DNA from: Octopus sinensis
Taxonomy: Eukaryota
DNA: 64,000 nucleotides
NCBI RefSeq assembly: GCF_006345805.1
Contig: NC_043002.1
Coordinates: forward strand, 74,896,001 to 74,960,000
Direction of reading: 5' to 3'
Below the pieces are notes generated by a model, which was given only the letters and a program-made list of their open reading frames with translations, was not told where the DNA came from and did no database searches. Each line of letters opens with the position of its first letter. Position 1 is the first letter of the stretch. The position numbers and the translations under genes are program-made. Below, piece after piece: positions 36,688-49,379 of this stretch.

Positions 36688-37176
36688 ATTTTAGTATTTC
36701 AGCCATTTTGCTTGTTTGTTTTTGATATTAGCCTGATTAAAATCACCTTTGGTTCTATCACACAGAATATCTTATTTTAAAGGCTTCACATTTAAATTTA
36801 AAATTTCCACAAAAATTTTGCATAAGAAAGTTTTATGTTTTGTTCCCCAACACCATCTTAATAATGGATTCAAATTTTGACACAAGGCCAGTAATTTGGT
36901 AGGGAGACGTAAGTTGATTACATTGCCCCCAGTACTGAATTGGCACTTTATTTTATCAACGCCACAAAACTTGGCATAATTTGAACTCTGAAGCTAAAGA
37001 ACTGGTAGAAATATCACAAAGCATTTTGTCTTCCGGCTCACCGTCATCTCATATCATCTTAATAATGAAAGTTTAGCTATGTTACAAACTCAGAAATCTT
37101 GACTATTTTCAGAAAGTGTTGAAACTTATGACCCATGTGTTTTATAAAAGAAAACAGAAATCTGGTAATGAAAGGG
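36688..37176 (-). mobile_element. Degenerate piggyBac-type MITE carrying a nested SINE
   Basis: Right end ..GTAATGAAAGGG-TTAA (37177-37180). The left end is degenerate after TTAA at 36684-36687. It resembles the reverse complement of 493-622. Confidence 0.6.
36867..37054 (-). mobile_element. SINE family B insertion with 13-bp TSD
   Basis: Perfect direct repeat CATCTTAATAATG at 36854-36866 and 37055-37067. The family B tail is reverse-complemented (TCAAATTTTGACACAAGGCCAG). Confidence 0.85.
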
Positions 37177-38079
37177 TTAAAGGTTGTGGTGATGAGTAGT
37201 GTGAATAGAAAAATCTTAATCCATTTTCACAGACTTCTTTGTATATGAAAGTTGTGGGAGTACTTTGTAACGCTAGTATTACTTCCCTTGGTTGGGTGAA
37301 TGTTTCTAGTTTGTTTAGTAATGAGTATTTTAAGTGCCATTACATAATGCATTGCTGTAGATGCGTAGTTAGTTTGCATGGACAGTTTAGCACTAGTGTG
37401 ACATATATAACATCTGTCTGCATGAAGTTTACAATATTTATATTGAAAGTGACATATTGCATTAGTTATTTGTATTATTACTTTTTTTTTGCCGTGTTTT
37501 ATTTGGTCAATATGTGTGTGTTATTTTAATAGCATTTTTAGTGTTATATATTGCAGGTGAAACCTTACCTTCTGTGACAGTACATTTACTACACACACAC
37601 ACACACATACACACATTGTGTGTATGTATATCTAATATACAATATGTTCTTTCTGATATGTTTTTTTTAGTGTCTCAATTTCCTCTTAACCTTCTTGATT
37701 GCTTTTAGATGTCTAAATGTAGAATTTATTTTTGTTAGTTTTATTTGTAATGGCTTATTTTTTTTTCATTCATTCAGTAAAAACAAAAAACATAAATAAA
37801 AATCTTCTCCATAACATATGATTCCAATTTCTTGTTCTTTCCTTCTGAAGTCAGGAAAAAAAGCTGCAAGTTTCAGCTACCTATGTTCTCTAGAATGGCC
37901 TCTTTTTCTAACATTGCTATCTTCAACCAAGCACTATCTCTTATTGCTCTTAAACACTGAGAAAACTGGCTATTTTTGTACATAAACATGTGTATAAGTA
38001 GCAAGTTAAGTACTTAGGTCAATGGTTAGGTTTGTGTCTTTGATTTACATCTATCTCACCTTTATTAAAAGGACCATTT

Positions 38080-38643
38080 TTCTTCTCCTTGTCACCTTCA
38101 ATATCCAAATATGTTTACCTATAACCATCATTTTCTGGCCTCTCTCTTCCCTTCTTTCTTGCTCTCTCTCTCTCTCACCTACATTTCTTAAGTATTAAAA
38201 CTGAAATAGCTTACACCAGTTTCCAACTTGCGCTCCCCCACTTGCCTCAGTCCCATCATCGTCATCATCATCATCATCGTATCTTTCACATTGTCTTGAG
38301 TATCCATTTTGTTTTTTCCCCTTTACTATTCATCTTTCCTCTAATCATTTTCCTTTCATATTCTGATATTTCCTCCTCTATTTCCTTTGCTATTCTCTTC
38401 GATTTTTCTTACTTCTGTCTCTTGTACCCCACCTTCCTTCTCTCTTTCATGTTATCCATATCACCCACACCTTACAGCTATTCTCTTTCCCATAGTATTT
38501 CCTATCTTGTTCTCTGCACCTTTACTTTCTTCAAATGGATTGTTATTGCTACTGCTTTGCTCTTCTTCACAAATCCTCTTTCAGTTCATTCTCATATTTC
38601 TATGTACTAACTTATATCTCTTTGCTCCACCCACTATTTTCTT

Positions 38644-38701
<58 letters not shown>

Positions 38702-38928
38702 TTTACCATTTTTCATTCTTTTTTTTCTTTCCATTTCATATTTCTTCTTCCTTGGATCCCTATTATTGTAGTTATCTCTCTCTCTCTGCCTCCTCCTCTT
38801 CCTTCATGATACTCTCAATGCATTTTCATCTCTAGGTGTGTCTATCCATTTATTCATACCTATCCTTCTTGATCATTATGAATGGAAATCTATAATCTTA
38901 TGTATTTTTATCTTTCTCAATCACTCTG

Positions 38929-38963
<35 letters not shown>

Positions 38964-39226
38964 CTTTGTGTTACTCAGTTTCTGTCTGTTGCTATCTCTC
39001 TAGCTCTATTCTAATATCTATTATTACCTCTGTGAGAGTCTTTCTGTCTCTCAACCACTTTGTGTATCACCTAACTGTGTATACTGTTATAGTTCTCCAT
39101 TTCTCTACCTATCTCTGAATCTTTCTCTCTTTACCTCTCTCTTTGCTGTTGTTGTCCTTTCTGCTTATCCTATATCTGCCTCTCCAATCTCATCTTTCTA
39201 TTTCTATTCACCTCTCTGTTCCAATA

Positions 39227-39289
<63 letters not shown>

Positions 39290-39560
39290 TCCAACATTAC
39301 CACCAACTTTTTTTCCCCATAGTTTCATTACCATCTCTTTCTCTATTTCATAGTCTCTTTCATCTTTTCATAATTTTCTATTTCCCACTCTCCCTAATTT
39401 CTCATATTTATATACCCCTCTCTATCTATCACTCTCCCATCTTCTTTTTGAAATACCTTTTCCACATCCATGTAATTCTAAAATTCTATAACATACCCTT
39501 TCAAATATGGCTTTTTTTTTTTAATAGCCACCTCCATTTTTCTCTCTCAGATTCACTTTT
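38080..39560 (+). repeat. Long pyrimidine-rich low-complexity tract with (CT)n at 39231-39284, plus (TA)n and (CA)n
   Basis: Strong C+T skew on the + strand, read directly. Confidence 0.85.
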
Positions 39561-40202
39561 GACATCATTTACTGTTCCCCTTCCTAAACACACATATGTA
39601 CATGCACTTGCATGCATACACAAGCATACACTCATATCACAATCACTCACACAAGTATAGAATGAAAAACAGAAAAACATCAAACTTTATAAATATAAAC
39701 AACAGCATCAGACCTTCACACTTTCTACATAATTTCATCCTCATAGAGCATTTTCTAAAAAAAAAAAAAAAAAAAAAAAAATTTTTTTTTTAGCTTTTTA
39801 AATCCTTACATATGGTGATTTGAGCACGCTTGCAAATTTATTTGTGTTGTAATTTGTACACATGTGTTCGTGATGTTTTGGCTACTACCATATTAACACT
39901 TTCCTTACTATGGGTTGTATAAGCTCATATCTGCTACTCTCTTTGCTGTTTTGCGAAAGAAAGACACCAGGTGATCATAGAATTAATTCTCTCTGCATCT
40001 GACTGACACAAACACAATGTGTCTGGAAGTTAAGTGTGTTGTATGTGTATTAAATCTAATGTGTGGTTTTTATTTCATTTCTTCTTATCCTTTTGTCTGC
40101 AGAGTAGGCACTGCCCATGATGCTTGACTAGGTCTTTTAAGAATGGTGGAAGAGAGGGAAAGAGATCTGGTCTGAGTGCTTTCAACAGGGTGGACACTTT
40201 AA

Positions 40203-40362
40203 CCCTTTCATGATTAAATCAACCATATCTGGTCCAAATATTCAACCAGTTTTATGTTCAAACCAGCCACATTTGGCCTCTCACACCTACTCTACAATGT
40301 TATTCTAAACTATGTGAATACATAAGCATTACAGCTGACAGAGTAATCTGAATGCTAAAAGG
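40203..40362. mobile_element. piggyBac-type MITE, internally deleted
   Basis: TTAA flanks at 40199-40202 and 40363-40366; ends CCCTTT / AAAAGG. Colinear with 1419-1639. Confidence 0.85.
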
Positions 40363-40606
40363 TTAAAATCATTCAAAGTGCTTGGTGGTGGTTGTGTTGA
40401 ACGGAATAACACCACTCAAGTAAGTGGTTCTAGCATAGCCACAGTCTAATGACTGAGACCACTAAAAGAATACAAACATGCATCCACCATATGCAAGTAT
40501 ATTCATTTGTTCAAGTCACAGTGGCAGAATTTCTTTGCCACTTGGATGAGTGCAGAAGAACAAGAAGCTCATATTACCAGCTATGAAGGGAATTATCATT
40601 CACATA

Positions 40607-41294
40607 TCATCATCATCCCCATCATCATATGTCTGATATCCATGCTGACATGGGTTAGATAGTTTGACTGAGCTGGAACACTGGAAGGCTGCACCAGACT
40701 CCAGTCTGATTTGGCATGGTTTCTATGGCTGAATGCCCTTCCTAACGCCAACCACTCCGAGAGTGTAATGGGTGCGTTTACATACAGCCATCATGGGTGC
40801 CAATTTGCAGGACACCAGTATCTGCCATGACTGCGATTATGCTTGGCTTAATGGGTCTTCTTCTCAAGCATTATATAATGCCAGAGGTCTTTGTTGTTGC
40901 CACTGTGAGGACCAAAACTTGAAAGGAACTCAGCCACTTTGCCTCTGTGAGGCCCAATGTTCAAAAGATGTTCTTTATGTGCCACCAGTATGGATGCACT
41001 TGGCTTGACAGGTTCTCTCAAGCACAGAACATTGCCAAAGGTCTCTGTCACTAGTCATTGCCTTTGTGAGGTTCAAAGATCATGCTTCACCGCCTCGTCC
41101 CATTTCTTCGTGGGTCTACCTCTACCACAGGTTCCCTCCACAGTTAGAAATTAGCACTTCTTTACATAGCTGTCCTTGTCCATATGCATCACATGACCAT
41201 ACCAGCACAGTTGTCTCTCTTGCACATCATATCTGATCCCTCTTATGCCTAACTGTTCTCTCAAGATGCTTACACTCTGTCGAACGTGCATACT
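40607..41294 (-). pseudogene. 5'-truncated RTE-clade LINE (ORF2 C-terminus, 3' UTR, (GAT)n tail)
   Basis: Minus strand 41294-41082 reads SMHVRQSVSILREQLGIRGIRYDVQERQLCWYGHVMHMDKDSYVKKC*FLTVEGTCGRGRPTKKWDEAVKH. It contains the RTE motifs L.W.GHV.(R/H)M and G.RGRP.K.W, with one in-frame stop. Confidence 0.9.
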
Positions 41295-41367
41295 GGCTTT
41301 AAAACTGGGGTTGATGTTATTGACTAACCCCCTCCCTTTAAAACTGGGGTTGTTTTATTTTATTATC

Positions 41368-42650
41368 ATTACTACTATTAAGGCAGCAAGCTGGTAGAAA
41401 CATTGGCATGCCAGGCAAAACGCTTATTGGCATTTCATCTGCCTTTACATTCTGAGTTCAAATTCTGTTGAAGTTGACTTTGCTCGTCATCCTTTCAGGC
41501 TTGATATACCAGTTGATGTAATTGACTTACTCCACTCCATCTCTTGAAATTGCTGGCCTTGTCCCAAAATTTGAAATCATTATTATTTTAACTAGTTTTA
41601 CTATTTTGGGAGTGTTGGATTAACAGAATTGTGAGTATCAAGAAAAATACCTTTTAACATTTAGTTTTGAGTTCAAATCCTGCTCAGTCAATTTTGACTT
41701 TCATCTCTCCGGAGTCATTATGAAGTACCAGTCAAATTAATTGACTTTCCTCTGCCTGACAAATTTCTGGACTTGCACCTTTGTCAGAAACAGTCATTGT
41801 CACCATCATTACCACCATCATCATCATCACCACCATCTCCTCCACCACCACCACCACCACCTCCATCATGATATGAAGGGCCATAATGGAATGCAGTAAT
41901 CTAAAGGATATTAGCACTCATTTTATCAACCATGAAGAGATGAAAAGCAAAATATGGACCTTGTTGGGATTTGATCTCAGAACATGGAGGTGGAGGTCTG
42001 AGTATTGTAAAGCAGTTAGTTTTGTTATTTACCATTTCTGACAACTTTTCAATGAAGCATACAATGGAATTCTCTTTTGTTATGATGCTAGAAAATAATT
42101 GTTTTCACTTCCTCACAGTAAACTTGTTGTTCTTATTGAAGTCTTCTTACTAATGAAAACATCTGTTGTGAGAATATATGTGTGTGTGTGTGTGTGTCTG
42201 GCAGGGAGAAGATGCTGTAAATTATAGGTAAAAGGAAGGACTGAGTTTAAGGATATATATCTAATGAGGATATACTATGTCATATAGATATATAACAAGA
42301 GATTTAAACAGAAGAGTGTGTGAAAATTGTGATGCCTTTCCCTTTGGCTGAGTGGTTCCAACTTGAATGTTTGTACAGGAAGTAGATACTATTAGCTCAG
42401 AACTTCCTTCTCTCTTCAGCAATAGACAATTATTATAATAATACTTCTTTCATATTTTAGTACAAGACCAGTTATGTTAAGGGAAGACAGGGTTAATTGA
42501 TTAGATTAACCCAAATAATTGACTGATACTTTATTTTATCATGATAGGCAAAGTTGACCTTGGTTGGATTTGAACTTGGAACGTAAAGAGCTGGAAGAAA
42601 TGCCACTAAGCATTTTGTCTGTGTTAACAATTCTGCCAGCTCATTTGCTA
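41368..42650. mobile_element. Cluster of SINE family B copies (about 41368-41580 plus, 41640-41785 plus, 41900-41990 minus, 42440-42650 minus)
   Basis: Repeated GAGTTCAAAT B box, GACTTT..TCATC core and CTTG..CC..AAATTTG tail. Confidence 0.7.
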
Positions 42651-43153
42651 CACAAGTGGCATGTCACCTCACATAATTCTCAATGTTCAAAATTAGGTAG
42701 AGACACTGAGATGCATGTTGCCATGGTCAATGGGAACCTCATACTTCCATGTGTTGACCAGGGTCTCTTATAAGTGTTCTTTGGTGCAGAGGGAAGAAAC
42801 TGAAGCTCCCAATACAAGAGAATGTTACAAGGGTGACACACCTCTCCATTCTCAGTAATACTGCAGTGTGTCACTCTGCTGTATTTGTCATCTCCTGTAT
42901 GTGTGGCTTGAGCAAAACGTCACTGTCCCATGTAACACACTTCTTCATTATCTTATCTTTTTTTCCCCCCTTCCTTCAAGCCAATCAGTGTCCACGTATT
43001 ATTTTGGGTTCACTATGTTAGAAAATCCTGTATTATTGTTTTTAATACGTTCGTTTATTTTTACCATTTGCCATGTTTACTCTACCAGCATGGAAACATG
43101 TAGATGATGATCTGTTTGAAAGGTGGTGTTATTTTTTTAAAACTTTTATATAT

Positions 43154-43558
43154 CTATTCTTTTACTTGTTGCAGTCATTTGACTGTGGTCATGCTGGAGC
43201 ACCACCTTTTTAGTCGAACAAATCGACCCCGAGACTTATTCTTTGTAAGCCTAGTACTTATTCTATCGGTCTCTTTTGCTGAACCGCTAAGTTATGGGGA
43301 TGTAAACATACCAACATCGGTTGTCAAGCAATTTTACGGGGGACAAACACACACACACACGTATATATATATATATATATATTTTTATATATGATGGGCT
43401 TCTCTCAGTTTCCATCTACCAAATCCACTCAGAAGGCTTTGGTCGGCCTGAGGCTATAGTAGAAGACACTTGCCCAAGGTGCCACGCAGTAGGACTGAAC
43501 CCAGAGCCATGTGGTTGGTAAGCAAGCTACTTACCACACAGCCACTCCTGCACCTATA
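43154..43558 (-). mobile_element. SINE family A, near full length
   Basis: Highly similar to 988-1370 along its whole length. Confidence 0.92.
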
Positions 43559-44113
43559 TTTAATTTCTTTTTTCGAAGGGAGCATATTTGTCTACATTAG
43601 TTAAGATTACCATTGTAGCAAGCACCTCTTCCCATTTCTGCTCAAGACAAAAACAGTCTTATATTTCTAGTAAACATTGCTTACAAAATATAAAAATTTA
43701 AAAGTTTAAAAAAAAAAATATTCTCACTCGAATATTTCTAATGTATTCCTATCAACAAAATATTCGGAGAGAAACTTTTTCCATCGAATATCAACATAGT
43801 GAATCCAAAAACTCAGAGTATAACAAACATGACCACTCATGCTAAGACACAAATAATAATAATAACGGTGGTGGTGGTGGAATAGGAGGAGCATTTCTGA
43901 GTTAGGTACAATGCCAGTAGTTTTGAGGAGAGGAAGTAGTTACTATCATCAACCCCTCATATTTTACTGGGGTTTTTTTTTATTTTATTGGCCACCAAGG
44001 GATGAAAAGCAAACCTCAGCAGTATATGAGCTCAGAATGTAAAAAGCTAGAGCAAATATTGCAAGACTAAAGGTCAGCAATTTTGATTAGGTTAATTGAA
44101 ATAATTGACCCAG

Positions 44114-44264
44114 TACTCATCTGGTCCTTTATTTTATCAATCCTGGAAGGATGAATGTCAAAGTTGACCTTGACAGGATTTGAACTTACAATGTTCATAT
44201 CCTGCTAATGTTCACTTTACCTTTTGTCCCTCTGGGGATGATAAAATAAAGTTCCAGATGAGTA
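44114..44264. repeat. Imperfect fold-back palindrome of two SINE B segments (72-bp arms, 7-nt loop)
   Basis: 44114-44185 vs 44193-44264: 54 of 72 Watson-Crick complementary, no gaps. Confidence 0.9.
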
Positions 44265-44951
44265 ATAATCATTATGATAATGATAATTTCAATAATTCAT
44301 TTATTTATTTTTTTGCATTTACATTTGTATCACATTTTATTGTATGTTGTGTATTCTAGATAGTGTCTAAATTGTGTTTTTACAGCTCTTTTGGCAAGCA
44401 GTGTCCTCAGTAAAGCATTTTATTGCTTACACATAATGTTGCTGCTGTATGGTATTATCATTTGGAAAACACACCCATATTTTCTCTTCATCTATTTTAA
44501 CAAGTCCTCAAGGGTATTAGATTTCTTCAGCGCCAGTGTGTGGCACTTGTGTTTGTGTTTGTTTTGTGGATGTGACTTTGTTTGAAAGTACACACGCATG
44601 AAGTTTATGTGTGTTTTTTTTGGTGACTTGTGAAAATCTGTTTTTAATATATGAATGAAAGTGTGTGTGTGTTTTGTAAATGTTCTTCTGTTTGAGATTA
44701 TATGTGAATGAGGATATGTAAATAAGTGTCTTGGTGAGTGTATAGGAGTATGCATGTTTATATACATTCATATACATTGTATGGATGTAAGTGTGTGCTT
44801 ACATGCATAAGAATGTATGAGATTGTATATGAGGGAAAACAAGGAATACAAATATGTCTGTTTGTATGGCTGTGTAAGTGTATGTGTGTGTGTATATTTT
44901 TATATATATTTACACACTTGCACACATGCATATGTTTATACAGATACATAG

Positions 44952-44983
<32 letters not shown>

Positions 44984-45366
44984 ACATAAATATGACATAT
45001 ACTCATTGTCACCACACCCATGTGACTATTTCAGTTTGCCTCTAAGTGATTATGCAGAGAAATTAAGAGACCTCAACACATATAAAAACACTATTGGGTG
45101 GGTGATTGGGTGCAGTTTATTTCATATGTGTATGGAAAACGATGTCGAGATAGAGATATGATGCTCTCTCATATGTATTACAGTGAGTTGAAAGAGTTTG
45201 ATTGAGTGAGATTATCTTCGCAATGAGTCGATAAAATCTCCAGCTAGAAGTGTTTAAAAACTAAATACAAGGAGGGTAATTCAAATAAGATCAGCTCAGT
45301 TGATTTAATTTTTTCGATAGTGTATACAATGCTGTTTAGGAGTGGCTCTGGATTTTTGAAGCAGTA

Positions 45367-45397
45367 GACATGTTTTGGCCATATTGGGCCTCCTCAG
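45367..45397 (-). ncRNA. Degenerate minimal hammerhead-ribozyme motif (Penelope type), probably inactive
   Basis: Minus strand reads CTGAGGA-GGCC-CAATAT-GGCC-AAAA-CATGTC: CUGANGA core, 4-bp stem II, AAAA instead of GAAA, palindromic ACAUGU stem III and a GUC triplet. Stem I is poorly paired. Confidence 0.6.
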
Positions 45398-46599
45398 TGA
45401 AGCTAAGTTGAATGCACATAATTATGAATGGATATATATATATATATAGGTGTGTGTGGAAGAAACTTCATGCTGGCATGAAAAACAGGCTTTAAATGAT
45501 GATGATGAAGAATGAATCTAGCACATTTATTACTAGTTATCTATCTGCTCCCACTATACACATGCATGTGGCTGAAGGAAAAATATCTCAGGATAGCTGT
45601 CACCGTCATCATTTTATGCCCTCTTTCTTTGGTGTCGTGGTTGGACTTTCTGCATACTAAATATACATATATTGGCGTCTTACATATGTAGTGTTGTGAG
45701 TTAAAATTTTTCAATCAACTATGACCAGCAAAGTAATTAATTGTCAAAATCTCCTTGTAGGTGTGTTTAATATAAGTAAGGAGAGATAACTTCAAAAAGA
45801 ATTGTTAATTGAAATGTTAAGACAATGGAGATTGGGGTGGATCTAGTCTTGAAACCAGCCGGTAAAAGGAACCATATGTTTCTGCCTTATTAAACTTCTT
45901 CAATGAAGAATATTCTACTCAGTAATGAAGACTCATTGTATTAGATGTTAGGCCCTGCCTATTTTGTATTTAGATACCTCTTTTGTGTAAATGTGCATGT
46001 AGCTCATTATCTGTCTGTTTCTTTGAGTGAGAGAGAAAGAAAAGAAATTAACAGATGTTGTATAGTGCTTGTGCTTTGTTTCTTGTTCTGTCTGTCTGTC
46101 TGATTCTCCTCTTACCCTCTTTTTCCCTTTCAATATTTTGGTTTTAGTGTAAAGCTATGTTGAAATGTGTCAGTAAATATGTAATTTTTTTTTTATAATT
46201 CTTTTTGCTTTGTATGTGTTAGAGGTGAGGGTGAGAGAAAAAAAAGGGAAATTTTAGAAAGGAAGATACATCTAGGTGGGAGGGATGGGGAATTTGGATG
46301 AAAGTGTCATGGACTATTGTTTGTTTTTTGGTTCATCTGTCTTTGCTTTAGTTTTACTATTGTAAATATTTGTCTCATTTCTAGTTATATTTATTTTTGT
46401 TCAGAACCTTATAACGTATGTGTGTGCTACCATATGTTACACATTTGCACGTACTACTCTCTGTCCCCCATTACACATGCACACACACACACGCTAATTC
46501 ATACTCACACATAAGTACCCATTACTCTTTAGAATAAGCTCATAAATTCCTTAGTACGATATAAATGCTTTATTTATGAATGAGTTCTAGTAATAAAAA

Positions 46600-47200
46600 G
46601 TAATTGCTTCTAATTTTGGCACAAGGCCAGCAATTTTAACTTCAACCATAGCCCTTTACTGGTACTTTATAGATCTTGGAAGAATGAAAGGCAAAATGGA
46701 CTTTAATTCAGTTTGAAATCAAAAGTAAAAAAAAAGCCTGAAGAAATTGTCATAGAGCATTTTTACGCAATGATCAAACAGTTGTTTCAGTTAACTCCCC
46801 TTGGTTTGTAATCTCGGCACAAGGCTTTAAGTTTCAAGGGAAAGGGGTTAATTGACACCATCCACTCCAGTACTTGACTGGTTCTTTCTTTTATCAGCCC
46901 CAAATGGATGATAGGCAGAATTTGACCATGGCAGGATTTGAACTCAGAAGATCATAGGCTGTAATGAAATTCCACAAGGCACTTTGTCCAGCACCTTAAT
47001 GATTCTTCCTATCCATTGCCAATAGTACTAATAATCATAATAGTTTTCTAAAAGATGATGTTACAAGGTTACAATTTATGTGAGGTTGGTACCTATAGTT
47101 GAGCTGTTGTTGACTATTTTAATGCTCTTTGCCACTCCATTGAATGAGGAAAGGCAAAATTGATACCAGCAGATTTGAACTTAGAAGCCGGATGTTGTTG
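46600..47200 (-). mobile_element. Cluster of old SINE family B copies
   Basis: Three repeats of (GA/TG)A(A/T)(A/G)GGCA(A/G)AAT..TTTGAA on the + strand, i.e. the reverse complement of the family B core. Confidence 0.65.
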
Positions 47201-47326
47201 AGTATACAGTAATCCCTAGCCATATTGTGGTTTATTATTTAAGCTTATGTTGATTTCTCTGTGGTGCTGCTTTGCATTTATAATAAAATAAATATATGCA
47301 AATTCTAAAAAAAAAAAAAAATTCTA

Positions 47327-47708
47327 GCATGGCTGTGTGGTAAGAAGCTTACTTCCCAACCACATGGTGCCAGGTTCAGTCCTACTGTGTGCCCCCTTGG
47401 GCAAGTATCTTCTACTATAGCCTTGTGCTGACTGATGCCTTTTGAGTGGATTTAGTAGACAGGAACTAAAAGAAGCCTGTCATGTATATATATATGTCTG
47501 TGTGTGTTTGTGTTTGTGCCCTCACCATCACTTGACAACTGATACTGGTGTGTTTATGTCCCCCGTAACTTAACGGTTCGGCAAAAGAGAACAATAGAAT
47601 AAGTACTAGGCTTACAAAGAATAAGTCCTGGGGTCGATTTGTTCAACTAAAGGTAGTGCTCCAGCAAGGCTGCAGTCACATGACTGAAACAAATAAAAGA
47701 AAAAAAAA
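47327..47708 (+). mobile_element. SINE family A, near full length
   Basis: Head GCATGGCTGTGTGGTAAG; tail GACTGAAACAAATAAAAGA followed by an A-run. Confidence 0.9.
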
Positions 47709-49379
47709 GTACTGTTTCTACCTCTTGGATTTTCACTTATCACAGGGGTTTTGGAATGTATCATCCATGATAGTTGCGGGATTACTGTATTGCAAATCAT
47801 TTTACCCACTACCCTACTGATTCTGCCAACATTTCTTTACCTCTCTTCCTCCTACCAATAAACTTTCTGTATAAATTAGTGTTGTTCAGCCCCAGGCTGG
47901 TCCTGGTTGAAAGACCTATACCTCTAACCAAAGGCATTCACAGCTGTGACTTTCCTGTCTTCTTCAGACATAGTCTCTTATTGAAGATTACTATTATCTA
48001 ATTTGTCCTTTCTTCTGAAGGCAAGGCAAGTTTGGCTGGTGTTTCTAGCCGGTCTAGTAACTACATGGCTGTTCTGTGATTGGTTTTCTCTCTGTATATG
48101 CATGTGCAGTGGAGATGGAACATTTCTGTCCACACGTCGTTTTCTGGCTCTTCTCTGTGTATCTGTATTCACTCGTCTACACACCCATATACCATCTCTG
48201 TCAGTTAAGAAAGATTGTTCTGCATGTAAAGTCCTCCTACTCTCCAATCTTTTTCCTATAATGGAAGCTGTTTTTATCCACTCAGTCAACCTTCGATCTA
48301 TCTAATTTTCTCTATTATGTAATAGAAGCTCTTTTGTGTAAGTGTATGCATGTGCTTTTTGTCTTTAATTTGTGTATGCTCATACACACATGTATGTATA
48401 TATGTTCATGAGAGAGAAACTGTGTGTGGTTGGGTATAGACATGTACAAATCCATTACAATTTGTAGGATCTTTGCTGACGTTCTTATGACAAATAGTAT
48501 GTATATCATGTGTGTGATTCACACATGCATTGAACACATTTAAATTTCTCACTTGTGTTTGCATGCCAAAATGCATGCACGCACATACACACACACACAC
48601 ACACACATACACAGTCAGTAGTTGCTTTGAAGAAGTACTGCATGTGTAAACTAATAGGTCAATAATACAGTTGTCACCAAACAGATTTGAAAGCAAATTG
48701 AAGAGAAATGAAGAGAGTGGTGGTGTTGGTGGTGGTGGTGGCTGAAACAAACAAAAAGTAAATACCAAAAAATTATTTTAAAATCAGTAATTAAAAAACA
48801 AAGTGAATTGTTTTTATTATAGAATTTTTTTCCACTATTACCCTCTGTTAAAGATTCCATTATCTTCAACTTCAAAGTTTTTATATATCCTGTGTGTAAT
48901 AGACACACAAGCATACATCTCTAGCGTGTGTGTATGTTATATATATCTATATGCTGTGTGTGTGTGTGTGTGTGTATCTTTTATATATGTGTATATATGT
49001 ATAAACATGCACAAAGAAACCAAACACAGGAAAGCTTTTAATATCTAAGTTGCCAATCTTAAATTAAACTGCAATTCCTGAAACCTATTTCTTTGTAACC
49101 CATTCACATCTTATATGATGCACATCGTAACATTTTAAAGTGATGCTCACTATCTTTTTGTTGTTCTTGTTGCTGTTCGTATTTCTATATACCTTTTACC
49201 ATGTTTTCTTCAGTTAATTATGTCAAAGGTTGTTTACTATCTCTAAGATTTCATTTCAGAGAACTGTCTACCTCTTCTTCTCCTCCTCCCTACCGTCACC
49301 ACCATCACCACTCCATTTGCGTACACATTAAAAATACTATCTTCGTTGGCAATGTGGTTGTTATTAATGTTTCTATGTA

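Noticed and set aside
42721-42762. Short hairpin CCATGGTCAATGGGAA..TTCCATGTGTTGACCAGGG
   Set aside because: About 42 nt with a bulge and no extended lower stem. Too short for a pre-miRNA and expected by chance.
48021-48079. Apparent terminal exon GKASLAGVSSRSSNYMAVL* with a PDZ-ligand-like end
   Set aside because: It lies inside repeat family E (47880-48072) and is colinear with the copy at 36499-36650, so the acceptor and frame are repeat-derived.
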